DNA of 32,891 bases from a bacterium (GTDB lineage Bacteria > Bacteroidota > Ignavibacteria > Kapaibacteriales > UBA961), in NCBI GenBank assembly GCA_022844575.1, contig JALHLL010000005.1, forward strand, positions 1 to 32,891, given 5' to 3'. How positions within the stretch are numbered: the stretch's first letter is position 1; each line of letters opens with the position of its first letter. Of this stretch, positions 17,564 through 26,423 are shown one piece after another. The position numbers and the translations under genes were made by a program. The notes under the pieces are model-generated. The model was not told where the DNA came from. It saw only the letters and a list, made by a program, of their open reading frames with translations, and searched no databases.

Positions 17564-18601
17564 ATGGCTGATGTACTTTCACAAAATGAGATTGACAGTT
17601 TACTTTCCGTAATGGGTACGGGAGGTATGGATGTTGATAATGTGATAGGAAGTAGTGCCATGAGCGGCAGCGATGCCGTTAACTATGATTTTCGGCGACC
17701 GAACAGGATATCGAAAAATCAAGTTAGGATGTTGCAAAATGTTCATGAGAATTTTGCAGAAGCATTCGGCTATTATTTGGTCTCCAAATTACAGACGGTT
17801 GTTTCGATTAACGTAACATCTATTGATCAGCTTTTTTATTCGGAATTTATTCTTTCCGTTTCGAATCCGAGTTGTATTTACGTTTTTGATATAGTAGGTG
17901 CTGATGGAAGCGGAATAATGGAAATTAGTCCGCAATTAGCATTAACCTTAGTGGAAAGACTATTAGGCGGAACATCTGAAGCGGTACGTAAAGCCCGTTC
18001 GATAACGCCTATAGAACAAGCCGTTATCCGCGGAATGATCGAACATGCTTTTTCCGATCTATCGAATGCGTGGCGTGCAATGGCAGACCTCACATTTCGA
18101 TATTCGCGTTTGGAAACGGAAGCGGATTTCGTACAAATTGCTCCTTCATCGGAAATAGTGGTTGTGGTTTCTTTTGATGTGAATGTCGGCATGAATCAAT
18201 ATCTGATGAATTTATGCTTTCCGACATTTGCTCTTGAAGATGTTCTGACTCAACTCAATAGACAGCAACTTACGCCTGCCGCAAGATTTACATCCGAACG
18301 TCAGAAAGAAAATATGCAGATTTTGCGTCAGCAATTATCGCATACATATCTTCCTGTACAGGCACTTTTGGGCAAGGCGAGTATTGGCGTGGGCGAGTTG
18401 TTGGAATTAAAAGTTGGCGATGTGCTGAAACTGAATACTCGCATCAATCAGGAAATTGAAGTAATTATTGCCGGAAGAAGAAAATTAGCCGCGAGACCGG
18501 GTGCGGTTGACGGGAAAAAGTCCGTGAAAATTACACGTACTTTACAACAGGATGATCTGGTAGATATTGATACACTCTACAAAAGAAATGGAGAGTTTTA
18601 A
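17564..18601 (+). CDS. fliM: Flagellar motor switch protein FliM
   Basis: CheY-binding VLSQNEIDSLL, YDFRRPNRISK, HENFA, LVERLLGG, TPIEQ, C-terminal SpoA domain (LLELKVGDVLKL). Confidence 0.97.
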   Translation: MADVLSQNEIDSLLSVMGTGGMDVDNVIGSSAMSGSDAVNYDFRRPNRISKNQVRMLQNVHENFAEAFGYYLVSKLQTVVSINVTSIDQLFYSEFILSVSNPSCIYVFDIVGADGSGIMEISPQLALTLVERLLGGTSEAVRKARSITPIEQAVIRGMIEHAFSDLSNAWRAMADLTFRYSRLETEADFVQIAPSSEIVVVVSFDVNVGMNQYLMNLCFPTFALEDVLTQLNRQQLTPAARFTSERQKENMQILRQQLSHTYLPVQALLGKASIGVGELLELKVGDVLKLNTRINQEIEVIIAGRRKLAARPGAVDGKKSVKITRTLQQDDLVDIDTLYKRNGEF

Positions 18602-19020
18602 TGACGCAAGAAGAAATAGATGCTCTCATAAATAGTGGTGCCGTTGAAGCGGATGGCTCAAAACAAACACAGCAACAATTTCAGGCAACAGCGTTTACAC
18701 CGCAGTTTCAGGAGTTTGCTGCCGAACGAAGAGCAGGCGGTGAACTGACCAATGAAGAAGCACGCCTCTCCATGCTATACGATTTGCAATTACCGGTTTC
18801 GATTGAATTGGGTAACACGAATATGCTTATCCGCGATATATTGAAATTAAGCCGGGGTTCTGTTATCGAGTTTGATAAACTAGTAAGTGAGCCTGTTGAT
18901 ATTCTTGTAAATGGTAAAAAAGTTGCCGAGGGCGAAGTCGTTGTTATTGATAAACATTTCGGTATAAGAATAACATCACTTGTTGAACCCGGTGAGCGAC
19001 TTCGGGGAGTTCGTCGTTAA
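18601..19020 (+). CDS. fliN: Flagellar motor switch protein FliN
   Basis: DLQLPVSIELG, LKLSRGSVIEFDKLVSEPVDILVNGKKVAEGEVVVIDKHFGIRIT; TAATG overlap with fliM. Confidence 0.96.
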   Translation: MTQEEIDALINSGAVEADGSKQTQQQFQATAFTPQFQEFAAERRAGGELTNEEARLSMLYDLQLPVSIELGNTNMLIRDILKLSRGSVIEFDKLVSEPVDILVNGKKVAEGEVVVIDKHFGIRITSLVEPGERLRGVRR

Positions 19021-19035
19021 TTAGCAGGAAAAAAA

Positions 19036-19428
19036 ATGTTAGACCCTACATTATTAAAAGCATTTATTACCATGCTTGCCGCAGTAGTCGGTCTTTCTCT
19101 GTTATTATTTATTCTAAAGAAAAGAATCGCCATTAAAGGGCGTGTCGCATCGAATCCTTCATCATTATATGTTGATGCAAGAGTACCCCTTACACCGAAA
19201 AGCCAAGCCATAGTATTACATTACGGTGAAAGACGATTTCTTATCGGAGTAACGGAAAATTCGGTTAATCTTATTGCCGATATAAGTGACACGGAACGAA
19301 AGAAACTTTCCGATAAATCCAATGATAAAAAAGTAGTATCTGAAGAAACGGATATTCTTGAACCTCAACTTCCAGAAGATCTTTCCTTCACTGCTTTCCT
19401 GAAAAGCATCAGCCGCCGCGAATCCTAA
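19036..19428 (+). CDS. fliO: Flagellar biosynthesis protein FliO
   Basis: N-terminal TM, then RVPLTPKSQAIVLHYGERRFLIGVTENSVNLIADI, and SFTAFLK near the C-terminus; position after fliN. Confidence 0.88.
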   Translation: MLDPTLLKAFITMLAAVVGLSLLLFILKKRIAIKGRVASNPSSLYVDARVPLTPKSQAIVLHYGERRFLIGVTENSVNLIADISDTERKKLSDKSNDKKVVSEETDILEPQLPEDLSFTAFLKSISRRES

Positions 19429-19617
19429 TCGCAAAAAAGTGTTAAAAGCCCTACGGAATTGTAACTTAAAGGTTAACAGGTCGTATTTTCGCCATGCTAA
19501 AATGCTATTGTGATTTTTTACCTTCTTTTGTCGGCATCGCTCCTTACTATCAAACAGAGAGGAAGCGAATCGTTTACTTTCGTTTATAACTATTTAATCA
19601 TTTCTTTAAGAGTAATT

Positions 19618-20355
19618 ATGAAGGGCATATTTCTTAGTTGCATACTTATTGTATGTACATGTATTTCTGCTCAATCGCAAACCCTCGAATCCATCATTGC
19701 AGGGTATCAAAAAGCGATTGGCGGAGCAGAAAAGCTGAATTCTTTTGTAAGTGTTGTCATAAAAGCAAAATCGCAAGGCGGTGGCGGCGGACAAAAAAGA
19801 CCAATGACATTTACGGTAAAATTACCGGATAAAGCAAGAATGGATTATAGCTTTCAACCCGGTTTGGTATATATTCAGGCATTTGACGGCAAAGTAGGAT
19901 GGACTGTACAACCATGGACAGGATCGTCGGATGCACAACCCCTGAACGATGACGATGCAAAGGAAGCTCAACGCATTACAAAAATGGTGCATAATGATTT
20001 GATAATAAATGGTAAGGACGGTACAAAATTAGAGTATAAAGGAAAAGATGAAATAGAGGGCTCGGAAGTGTATAAAGTGTCGGCAACAAGAAGTGACGGC
20101 TCGGTAGTTGTATATTATCTTGATACCGATTCGTATTTAATTGTAAAAACGACAACTAAATATATGAATTCGGGTGTTGCGGTTGAAAGCGAATTATTTC
20201 CGAGTGATTATAAAACGGTAAACGGCTTTACATTAGCATATACCTTTGAAACGAAATCGAATGGTGAAGTAACAAGTGCCAACTATGTGGAGATGTATGA
20301 CTTTACTACAAAAGTGGACGATTCTTTTTTTACAATGCCTGCTAAAAAGCAGTAA
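19618..20355 (+). CDS. Exported LolA-like (outer-membrane lipoprotein-sorting family) protein
   Basis: Signal peptide ending SQ-T, LESIIAGYQKAIGGAEKL, QAFDGKVGW, LEYKGKDEIEGSEVYKV, YYLDTDSYLIVK, SDYKTVNG, VDDSFFTMP. Start moved to ATG 19618. Confidence 0.7.
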   Translation: MKGIFLSCILIVCTCISAQSQTLESIIAGYQKAIGGAEKLNSFVSVVIKAKSQGGGGGQKRPMTFTVKLPDKARMDYSFQPGLVYIQAFDGKVGWTVQPWTGSSDAQPLNDDDAKEAQRITKMVHNDLIINGKDGTKLEYKGKDEIEGSEVYKVSATRSDGSVVVYYLDTDSYLIVKTTTKYMNSGVAVESELFPSDYKTVNGFTLAYTFETKSNGEVTSANYVEMYDFTTKVDDSFFTMPAKKQ

Positions 20356-20378
20356 TTAAAATAGAGGTTAATAATATT

Positions 20379-23300
20379 ATGCGAAATATATACTTTTTAA
20401 TTATTATTCTTTGTTTCGGGCTTTTTTCGGATATATATAAGACGGAAGCGCAAATGCTTACTCCTTATACATTCGGAACTATGCGCGCTCGTGAATTGGG
20501 ACCCGCCACTTCAAGCGGACGTATTACTGCAATAGAGGCATTATATATAAATCAGGAAGCCGGAAAAAAAGACCGACGTTTAACTATTTATGTGGGTTCG
20601 GCAGCCGGCGGGGTTTATAAATCGAAAGATAATGGTACAACCTTTAAGGCATTATTTGAAAAAGAAAAAAATCAGTCTATCGGCTGTATGGCTCTCGATC
20701 CTCGTCATCAAGATTCGGTGTTATGGGTTGGTACCGGCGAATCGAATGTACGTAATAGTGTTTCCATAGGCGGCGGTTTATATAAAACAACCGATGCAGG
20801 GGAAACATGGAAATTATTGGGTTTGGAGAAAGTGGAAAGAATCGCAAAGATTGCGCTTAATTCGAAAAATCCCGATATAGCTTTGGTTGCGGGAATGGGT
20901 GCATTATGGAGCGATAGCGACCAAAGAGGATTATACAGAACAACAGACGGCGGTAAAACATTTGAAAAAGTTTTATATGTTGATGAAAAAACCGGCTGTG
21001 CAGATGTTGTCATCGATCCTGAAAATCCGAGTATTTGTTATGCAGCGATGTGGCAGTTTCGCCGTATGGCATGGACATTTAATTCAGGAGGGCCTGGTAG
21101 CGGACTTTATAAAAGTATTGACGGCGGTAAAACATGGAAAAAAATGTCGAAAGATATTCCTTCAGGTGATTTAGGCAGAATAATTATTGCTATTTCCCCT
21201 TCCAAACCGAATGTCATCTATTCGATGATTGAATCGAAAGAGAGCGGTTTATACCGTTCTGAAGACAGAGGCGAATCATGGAAAAGAATGTCGAATGCTG
21301 TAAGCGTAACGGCAAGACCTTTTTACTTTTCATGTCTGTATGTCGATCCATATAATGAAAACAGAGTATATCGCCCATCGTTTCAATTAGGTATTTCTGA
21401 TGATGGCGGTAAAACATTTAATGGCTTCAATTATGGGGGTGGCGCACATGCCGACCACCATGCACTATGGATTGACCCCGAAAATCCGCAACATTTATTA
21501 CTCGGCACCGATGGGGGTGTTTACAGAACATTCGATAGAGGAGTTACATGGTCTCAATTCCGCAATTTACCATTAGCACAATTCTATCGTATTTCCCATG
21601 ATTTTGAAGAGCCGTATAATGTATTCGGTGGTTTGCAGGATAATGGCTCATGGATGGTACCACACAAAATAACCGGAGGATGGGTAATACAAAATAGAAA
21701 CTGGGAACCGACGGGTTGGGGTGACGGCTTTGCCGTTGTACGTGATCGTGCTAATCCCGATATTCTTTATTTTGAATCGCAAGGGGGAAGTGCCGTGCGA
21801 AGGCATATTTCTTCCAATGAAGTAAAACCAATTTCACCTTTTGAAGAAAAAGGCGAAAAGAAATTACGATTTAATTGGAATACTCCTATCGCGCAGTCAC
21901 CGACGAATAATAAGACATTGTATATCGGTTCACAATATCTTCATCGTTCTTATAATCATGGTGATACTTGGGAAAGAATTTCACCCGATTTGACAACAAA
22001 TGATTCAGCAAAATATAACCCGACGGAATCAGGCGGTGTAACAAAGGATAATACGAGTGCGGAAAACCACTGTACCATTTATTCTATTGCGGAGTCCACG
22101 ATAGATGAAAAAATTATATGGATAGGAACGGATGACGGTAATATTCAAGTAAGTACAAGCGGTGGAAAATCATGGGAAAATATCACGGCTTCCTTAGCCA
22201 GTCTTGTGCCGAAAAATACATGGGTTTCTTGTGTAGAGCCGAGTCATTTCGATAAAGCGACGATATATGCCACATTTGATAATCATACACGCGGAGACCA
22301 TAAAACATATATTCTGAAATCAACGAATTACGGTCGTTCATGGAAGCAGTTAACAAGTGATTCATTAAGAGGTTTTGCTCATGTAATAAGGGAAGACCTT
22401 GTTAATAAAGATTTACTTTTTGTTGGTACGGAACTTGGTTTATACGTTTCTATTGATGGAGGAGAAACATGGGCTAATTTCAGAAATGAAATTCCGAATG
22501 TTCCTGTTCGTGATATGGTTATTCATCCGAAAGAGCATGATTTAATAATTGCGACCCATGGTAGGGGTGTATTTATTATTGACGATATTAATCCTTTACG
22601 AGCATTAAAAAAGAATGTTCTTGCTGAAGAACTTGTTTTCTTACCGACAAGACCTACGGAAATGTCATTTTCATCGGGTTTTCAGGAATTTTCAGGTTCG
22701 GATGAATTTAATGCGGCAAATCCGAATAATAGTGCACGTATTGCTTATTACTTGAAGGCACGCCACATGATTGGCGAGATGAAAGTGGAGATTTTGGATA
22801 AAAAAACAAATCAGGTTATTGCTACTATTCCGGCAGCAAAAAGGAAGGGTGTTAATTTACTTTCATGGGATATGTCAACAAAACCTCCGCGCGTTGCAAT
22901 TTCACAAAATACGGGCGGCGGAAATTGGGGATATACCGTTCTTTCGGGTGAATATACTGTACGCGTTACAAAAAACGGTAAAGAATATAGTACGAATCTT
23001 GTCATTAACGAAGATAAAAAATCAATTCATAAACCGCAGGATAGAATTGCACAATTTGAGGCGATGAAAAAAATGTGGATGATGATTGATGATTTGGCTT
23101 TTATTTCTGAACAAACTACATCCGTAAGAGATTCTTTACGTAAAGTTTTATTGACTGCAGTAAGCGGTTCGCAAGCAAGAACAAAAGGCGAAAAAATAAT
23201 TTCTTCTCTTGATTCACTTCACAAAACAATTATTGCCGAAAAAAGTTCGCTCTTTGCAGATACCGAAGATAAACTTCGTGAGAAATTAGCGAGTATCTAT

Positions 23301-23507
23301 GGAACTGTATCGCAATTCGCTGGAAAACCTAGCGAGGAACAAATGAAACGTATTGGCAATCTTGATCAGGAATTATTTAATACACGTAAACGTTTGAATG
23401 ACATTCTGACTAAAGATATAAAGGATATTAATATTCTTTTAAAAGCGGAAAAAATGCCTGAAATTTCACTTCTTACACGTGAACAATTCGATAAACAAGA
23501 AGGGTAA
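20379..23507 (+). CDS. Exported VPS10/sortilin-like BNR (Asp-box) repeat beta-propeller protein, often annotated as glycosyl hydrolase
   Basis: RELGPATSSGRIT and more than 10 Asp-boxes (KSKDNGTTF, KTTDAGETW, RTTDGGKTF, KSIDGGKTW, RSEDRGESW, SDDGGKTF, RTFDRGVTW, SIDGGETW), HADHHALWIDP, GGLQDNGSW, RFNWNTP, IIATHGRG, C-terminal helical bundle. Confidence 0.9.
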   Translation: MRNIYFLIIILCFGLFSDIYKTEAQMLTPYTFGTMRARELGPATSSGRITAIEALYINQEAGKKDRRLTIYVGSAAGGVYKSKDNGTTFKALFEKEKNQSIGCMALDPRHQDSVLWVGTGESNVRNSVSIGGGLYKTTDAGETWKLLGLEKVERIAKIALNSKNPDIALVAGMGALWSDSDQRGLYRTTDGGKTFEKVLYVDEKTGCADVVIDPENPSICYAAMWQFRRMAWTFNSGGPGSGLYKSIDGGKTWKKMSKDIPSGDLGRIIIAISPSKPNVIYSMIESKESGLYRSEDRGESWKRMSNAVSVTARPFYFSCLYVDPYNENRVYRPSFQLGISDDGGKTFNGFNYGGGAHADHHALWIDPENPQHLLLGTDGGVYRTFDRGVTWSQFRNLPLAQFYRISHDFEEPYNVFGGLQDNGSWMVPHKITGGWVIQNRNWEPTGWGDGFAVVRDRANPDILYFESQGGSAVRRHISSNEVKPISPFEEKGEKKLRFNWNTPIAQSPTNNKTLYIGSQYLHRSYNHGDTWERISPDLTTNDSAKYNPTESGGVTKDNTSAENHCTIYSIAESTIDEKIIWIGTDDGNIQVSTSGGKSWENITASLASLVPKNTWVSCVEPSHFDKATIYATFDNHTRGDHKTYILKSTNYGRSWKQLTSDSLRGFAHVIREDLVNKDLLFVGTELGLYVSIDGGETWANFRNEIPNVPVRDMVIHPKEHDLIIATHGRGVFIIDDINPLRALKKNVLAEELVFLPTRPTEMSFSSGFQEFSGSDEFNAANPNNSARIAYYLKARHMIGEMKVEILDKKTNQVIATIPAAKRKGVNLLSWDMSTKPPRVAISQNTGGGNWGYTVLSGEYTVRVTKNGKEYSTNLVINEDKKSIHKPQDRIAQFEAMKKMWMMIDDLAFISEQTTSVRDSLRKVLLTAVSGSQARTKGEKIISSLDSLHKTIIAEKSSLFADTEDKLREKLASIYGTVSQFAGKPSEEQMKRIGNLDQELFNTRKRLNDILTKDIKDINILLKAEKMPEISLLTREQFDKQEG

Positions 23508-23527
23508 TGTTCTAGTTTGTGTAAAGT

Positions 23528-23559
23528 AAAAGGCGGCTCAATATTGAGTCGCCTTTTTT
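23528..23559. terminator. Bidirectional intrinsic terminator between convergent genes
   Basis: AAAAGGCGGCTCAAT/ATTGAGTCGCCTTTTTT near-perfect palindrome with A and T tails. Confidence 0.85.
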
Positions 23560-24100
23560 ATTTGAGTTTTTCCTTTTCTCGCGGTACAATCCAGCTGCTT
23601 CTTTCTAATTCTGTCGTATCAGTTCTCGTAAGAAAAACAATACAATTGAAATATGAATGTATTTCGAGTATATCTACTCTCTCCGGACTACTATCGTAAG
23701 CCCCACAACCGAATCTTGTTTCAACAATCTTATTTGTTGTATCGTTTACTTTGATAAAGAGATTTTTAGTGATCGTGTAATCACACATTCCGCTAAAAGC
23801 AGAGAAGATGGAAAAACATACAGCAATAAATGTAAGGATTATAGTGATGGTTAGTTTTTCAATCCATCGAATATTTGTATCGTTTTTCTTAATGGCTCCG
23901 AAAAAAGCACAGATAATACCTATAGGAAGTGCATAGAATTTGAATATTTCTAAATGTCCACCAAATTCATAATTGATAATCTTTACAATAAATATTAATT
24001 CAATGATAAAAATTAATAACCGAAGTACTATTGCTGATAGAGAAATATAATAAATGCATTGAAGAGAATATTGAAGAAATTTGACAATGATTCGCTTCAT
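23558..24100 (-). CDS. Hypothetical membrane protein (about 3 TM helices plus a small Cys-containing C-terminal domain)
   Basis: 180-aa ORF starting 8 nt after the accD stop; hydrophobic segments followed by GMCDY...FGCGAYDSSP. Confidence 0.65.
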   Translation of the reverse strand: MKRIIVKFLQYSLQCIYYISLSAIVLRLLIFIIELIFIVKIINYEFGGHLEIFKFYALPIGIICAFFGAIKKNDTNIRWIEKLTITIILTFIAVCFSIFSAFSGMCDYTITKNLFIKVNDTTNKIVETRFGCGAYDSSPERVDILEIHSYFNCIVFLTRTDTTELERSSWIVPREKEKLK

Positions 24101-24108
24101 TACAGAAA

Positions 24109-24945
24109 TTATGAGAAATGTTGTAGCACTGTATTGATTGTACTACGTAAATCTTTTCTATGAACAACCTTGTCAAGGAATCCGTGACTCAATACCGACT
24201 CTGAACGCTGAAATCCTTCAGGTAATTTTTTCCTGATAAATTGTTCGATTACACGGGGACCTGCAAAACCAATAAGTGCTTTGGGTTCGGCAATGTTTAC
24301 ATCACCAAGCATCGCAAATGAGGCACTTACCCCACCTGTAGTCGGGTCGGTTAATATGGAAATGTACGGCAAACCGTTTTCCGCTAATTCGCCGAGTACA
24401 GTACTTGTTTTTGCCATTTGCATAAGCGATAATGCTGATTCCTGCATACGTGCGCCACCGGATGCCGAAATGACAATGAGCGGGCATTTATCTTCAAGAG
24501 CCCTTTTACCTGCACGGTAAAATTTTTCTCCTACCACACTTCCCATACTGCCGCCGATAAAACCGAAGTTCATACAAGCAAAGGAAACATGTCTTCCGAC
24601 TATATCACCATAACCGATTGTTAAGGCATCGGGGAAATCGGACTTTTTATGTGCTTCATTCAATCGTAATGTATATGCTTTCGTATCAACAAAACTAAGA
24701 GGGTCTGTACTTCGTACTTCCGTATCGGTATGTACGAATGTGCCTTCATCGAACAAAATATCTACATATTCTTCCCAGGTGATACGAAAATGGTGATTGC
24801 AGCTATGACAAGTAAACAGGTTCTCTTCAAACTGTTTTTTGTAGATAACTGTTTTACAAGTAGGACATTGAGTAAAAAGCCCGTCGGGCATTTCACGCGG
24901 TATATTATCCTCAATATTTTTTTTCTTGCGTAAAAACCAAGACAT
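24109..24945 (-). CDS. accD: Acetyl-CoA carboxylase carboxyltransferase beta subunit
   Basis: Zn ribbon CPTC..CHSC, FIGGSMGSVVGEK, SGGARMQE, DPTTGGVSASFAMLGD, IGFAGPRVIEQ, LPEGFQRSE. Confidence 0.98.
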   Translation of the reverse strand: MSWFLRKKKNIEDNIPREMPDGLFTQCPTCKTVIYKKQFEENLFTCHSCNHHFRITWEEYVDILFDEGTFVHTDTEVRSTDPLSFVDTKAYTLRLNEAHKKSDFPDALTIGYGDIVGRHVSFACMNFGFIGGSMGSVVGEKFYRAGKRALEDKCPLIVISASGGARMQESALSLMQMAKTSTVLGELAENGLPYISILTDPTTGGVSASFAMLGDVNIAEPKALIGFAGPRVIEQFIRKKLPEGFQRSESVLSHGFLDKVVHRKDLRSTINTVLQHFS

Positions 24946-24975
24946 TATCGTACTCCAAAGTATTTCTGAAATTTC

Positions 24976-25737
24976 TTATCGGATTTCGACTTCCGCGGCA
25001 TCATCACCATATATAGTTTTGAACCATGTATCCGTAATCTCCGAAGGTTTACCCTCAAATATCAATTCTCCGCCTTTTAATGCAATCACCCTTGTTGCAT
25101 ATTGGCGAACCAAACTGAGAAAGTGAAGATTGCAGATGACGGTTTTCCCATGCTCTTTGTTTACTTTTTCCAAATATTTCATCACCGAATGCGATGTAGC
25201 CGGATCGAGAGAAGCGACCGGTTCATCGGCAAGGATGATATCGGGGTTTTGCATAAGTGCTCGCGCAATCGCCACTCTTTGCTGTTGTCCGCCGCTTAGG
25301 GCATCGGCTCTTTCTTCCGCTTTTTCCGCTATTCCCACAATCTCCAGATTCTTTAATGCTCTTTGTTTTTGCTCATCTGTAAACCTGTGCATGAGCGAAG
25401 AAAACACTGCCATTTGTCCTAAGTCGCCTGTCAGAACATTATCAAGAACTGAATAACGCGGGATTAAGTTAAAATGTTGGAAAATCATCCCTACCGAACG
25501 ACGGTATGAACGGAGTTGTTTTCCCTGAATTGATGTGACATTGTTGTTACGAAAAACTATAGAACCGGAACTTGGTTCATGCAAACGATTGATACACCGT
25601 AATAAGGTTGATTTACCGGAGCCGCTTAATCCGATGATTACCAAAAACTCTCCTTCTTCAACAGAAAACGAAACGTCTGTTAGAGCTTTGTTTCCGTTCG
25701 GATAAATTTTAACGATATTATCTAACTCCAAAATCAT
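24976..25737 (-). CDS. phnC: Phosphonate/phosphite-type ABC transporter ATP-binding protein
   Basis: Walker A IIGLSGSGKSTLLRCINRL, GMIFQHFNLIPRYSVLDNVLTG, RADALSGGQQQRVAIARALMQ, ILADEPVASLDP, VICNLH: PhnC subfamily signatures. Confidence 0.9.
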   Translation of the reverse strand: MILELDNIVKIYPNGNKALTDVSFSVEEGEFLVIIGLSGSGKSTLLRCINRLHEPSSGSIVFRNNNVTSIQGKQLRSYRRSVGMIFQHFNLIPRYSVLDNVLTGDLGQMAVFSSLMHRFTDEQKQRALKNLEIVGIAEKAEERADALSGGQQQRVAIARALMQNPDIILADEPVASLDPATSHSVMKYLEKVNKEHGKTVICNLHFLSLVRQYATRVIALKGGELIFEGKPSEITDTWFKTIYGDDAAEVEIR

Positions 25738-26423
25738 TATTTATCATCCATAGTTGCTGGTGATTCGGCAAGTTCTCTCGATAACCTTTGTTGAGTGAGC
25801 GAAGGGGTGGTCATCCTTATTTGTCTTACGGAAATTGCATTCGCATTAATTTCCGTATTATTCTGAGTAGTGAGGAATATATATTCCGTACCCGGTAATA
25901 TCGTTTTTCCTCTATACACAGTATCGCACCCGACTTGAACGGAATATTCAGATGCATCATTGACTATAATAAATCGCTCCTGAATATTTTTTGACAGCGT
26001 AATATCTTTCTTTTCGTCTATTGTTTTCCCGTTTTCTTTTATCAATAAAGTATTATTCGCAAAAACAAATTCCAGCCCCTTTTTCTGTTTATACTCACGA
26101 ACGGTTGTTCTGAAACCAATCGTAAACTCTGTGCCATTTCGAGGTGTAATACTTATATCCGTAACATGGTCGGCTGCCTCGCCTAAAGCCAAGACAAATT
26201 TCCCGCCCTTAAATATTTTAACCGAATTATCGGCAGTTTGTTCCACACTATCAATAGGTGATAAGTTATAAGCTACAAGAATCGGACTTGTAGAAATCCT
26301 GTTAAGACGAAAGAAATACGGATCGGGTAATAGTGCCGGAATAATTCCACAACCTATCAATAATACAATACAACTTGTAATTGTTATAATTGTAATAAAA
26401 GAACGTAAAAAAACATTTTTCAT
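25737..26423 (-). CDS. Hypothetical beta-rich lipoprotein (possibly concanavalin/LamG-like sandwich)
   Basis: Signal peptide with lipobox LIG-C; short hydrophilic beta strands; TGATG overlap upstream (ATG 26423) and TAATG overlap with phnC. The fold call is a guess. Confidence 0.7.
   Translation of the reverse strand: MKNVFLRSFITIITITSCIVLLIGCGIIPALLPDPYFFRLNRISTSPILVAYNLSPIDSVEQTADNSVKIFKGGKFVLALGEAADHVTDISITPRNGTEFTIGFRTTVREYKQKKGLEFVFANNTLLIKENGKTIDEKKDITLSKNIQERFIIVNDASEYSVQVGCDTVYRGKTILPGTEYIFLTTQNNTEINANAISVRQIRMTTPSLTQQRLSRELAESPATMDDK

Noticed and set aside
17564-19020. Injectisome (T3SS SctQ) interpretation of the SpoA-domain genes
   Set aside because: Full-length FliM with a CheY-binding motif plus flanking fliL and fliO are flagellum-specific.
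19538-19569. Hairpin TCGCTCCT...AGGAAGCGA in the leader of the LolA-like gene
   Set aside because: Short bulged stem with a 15-nt loop, no U-tract and no recognisable riboswitch motif.
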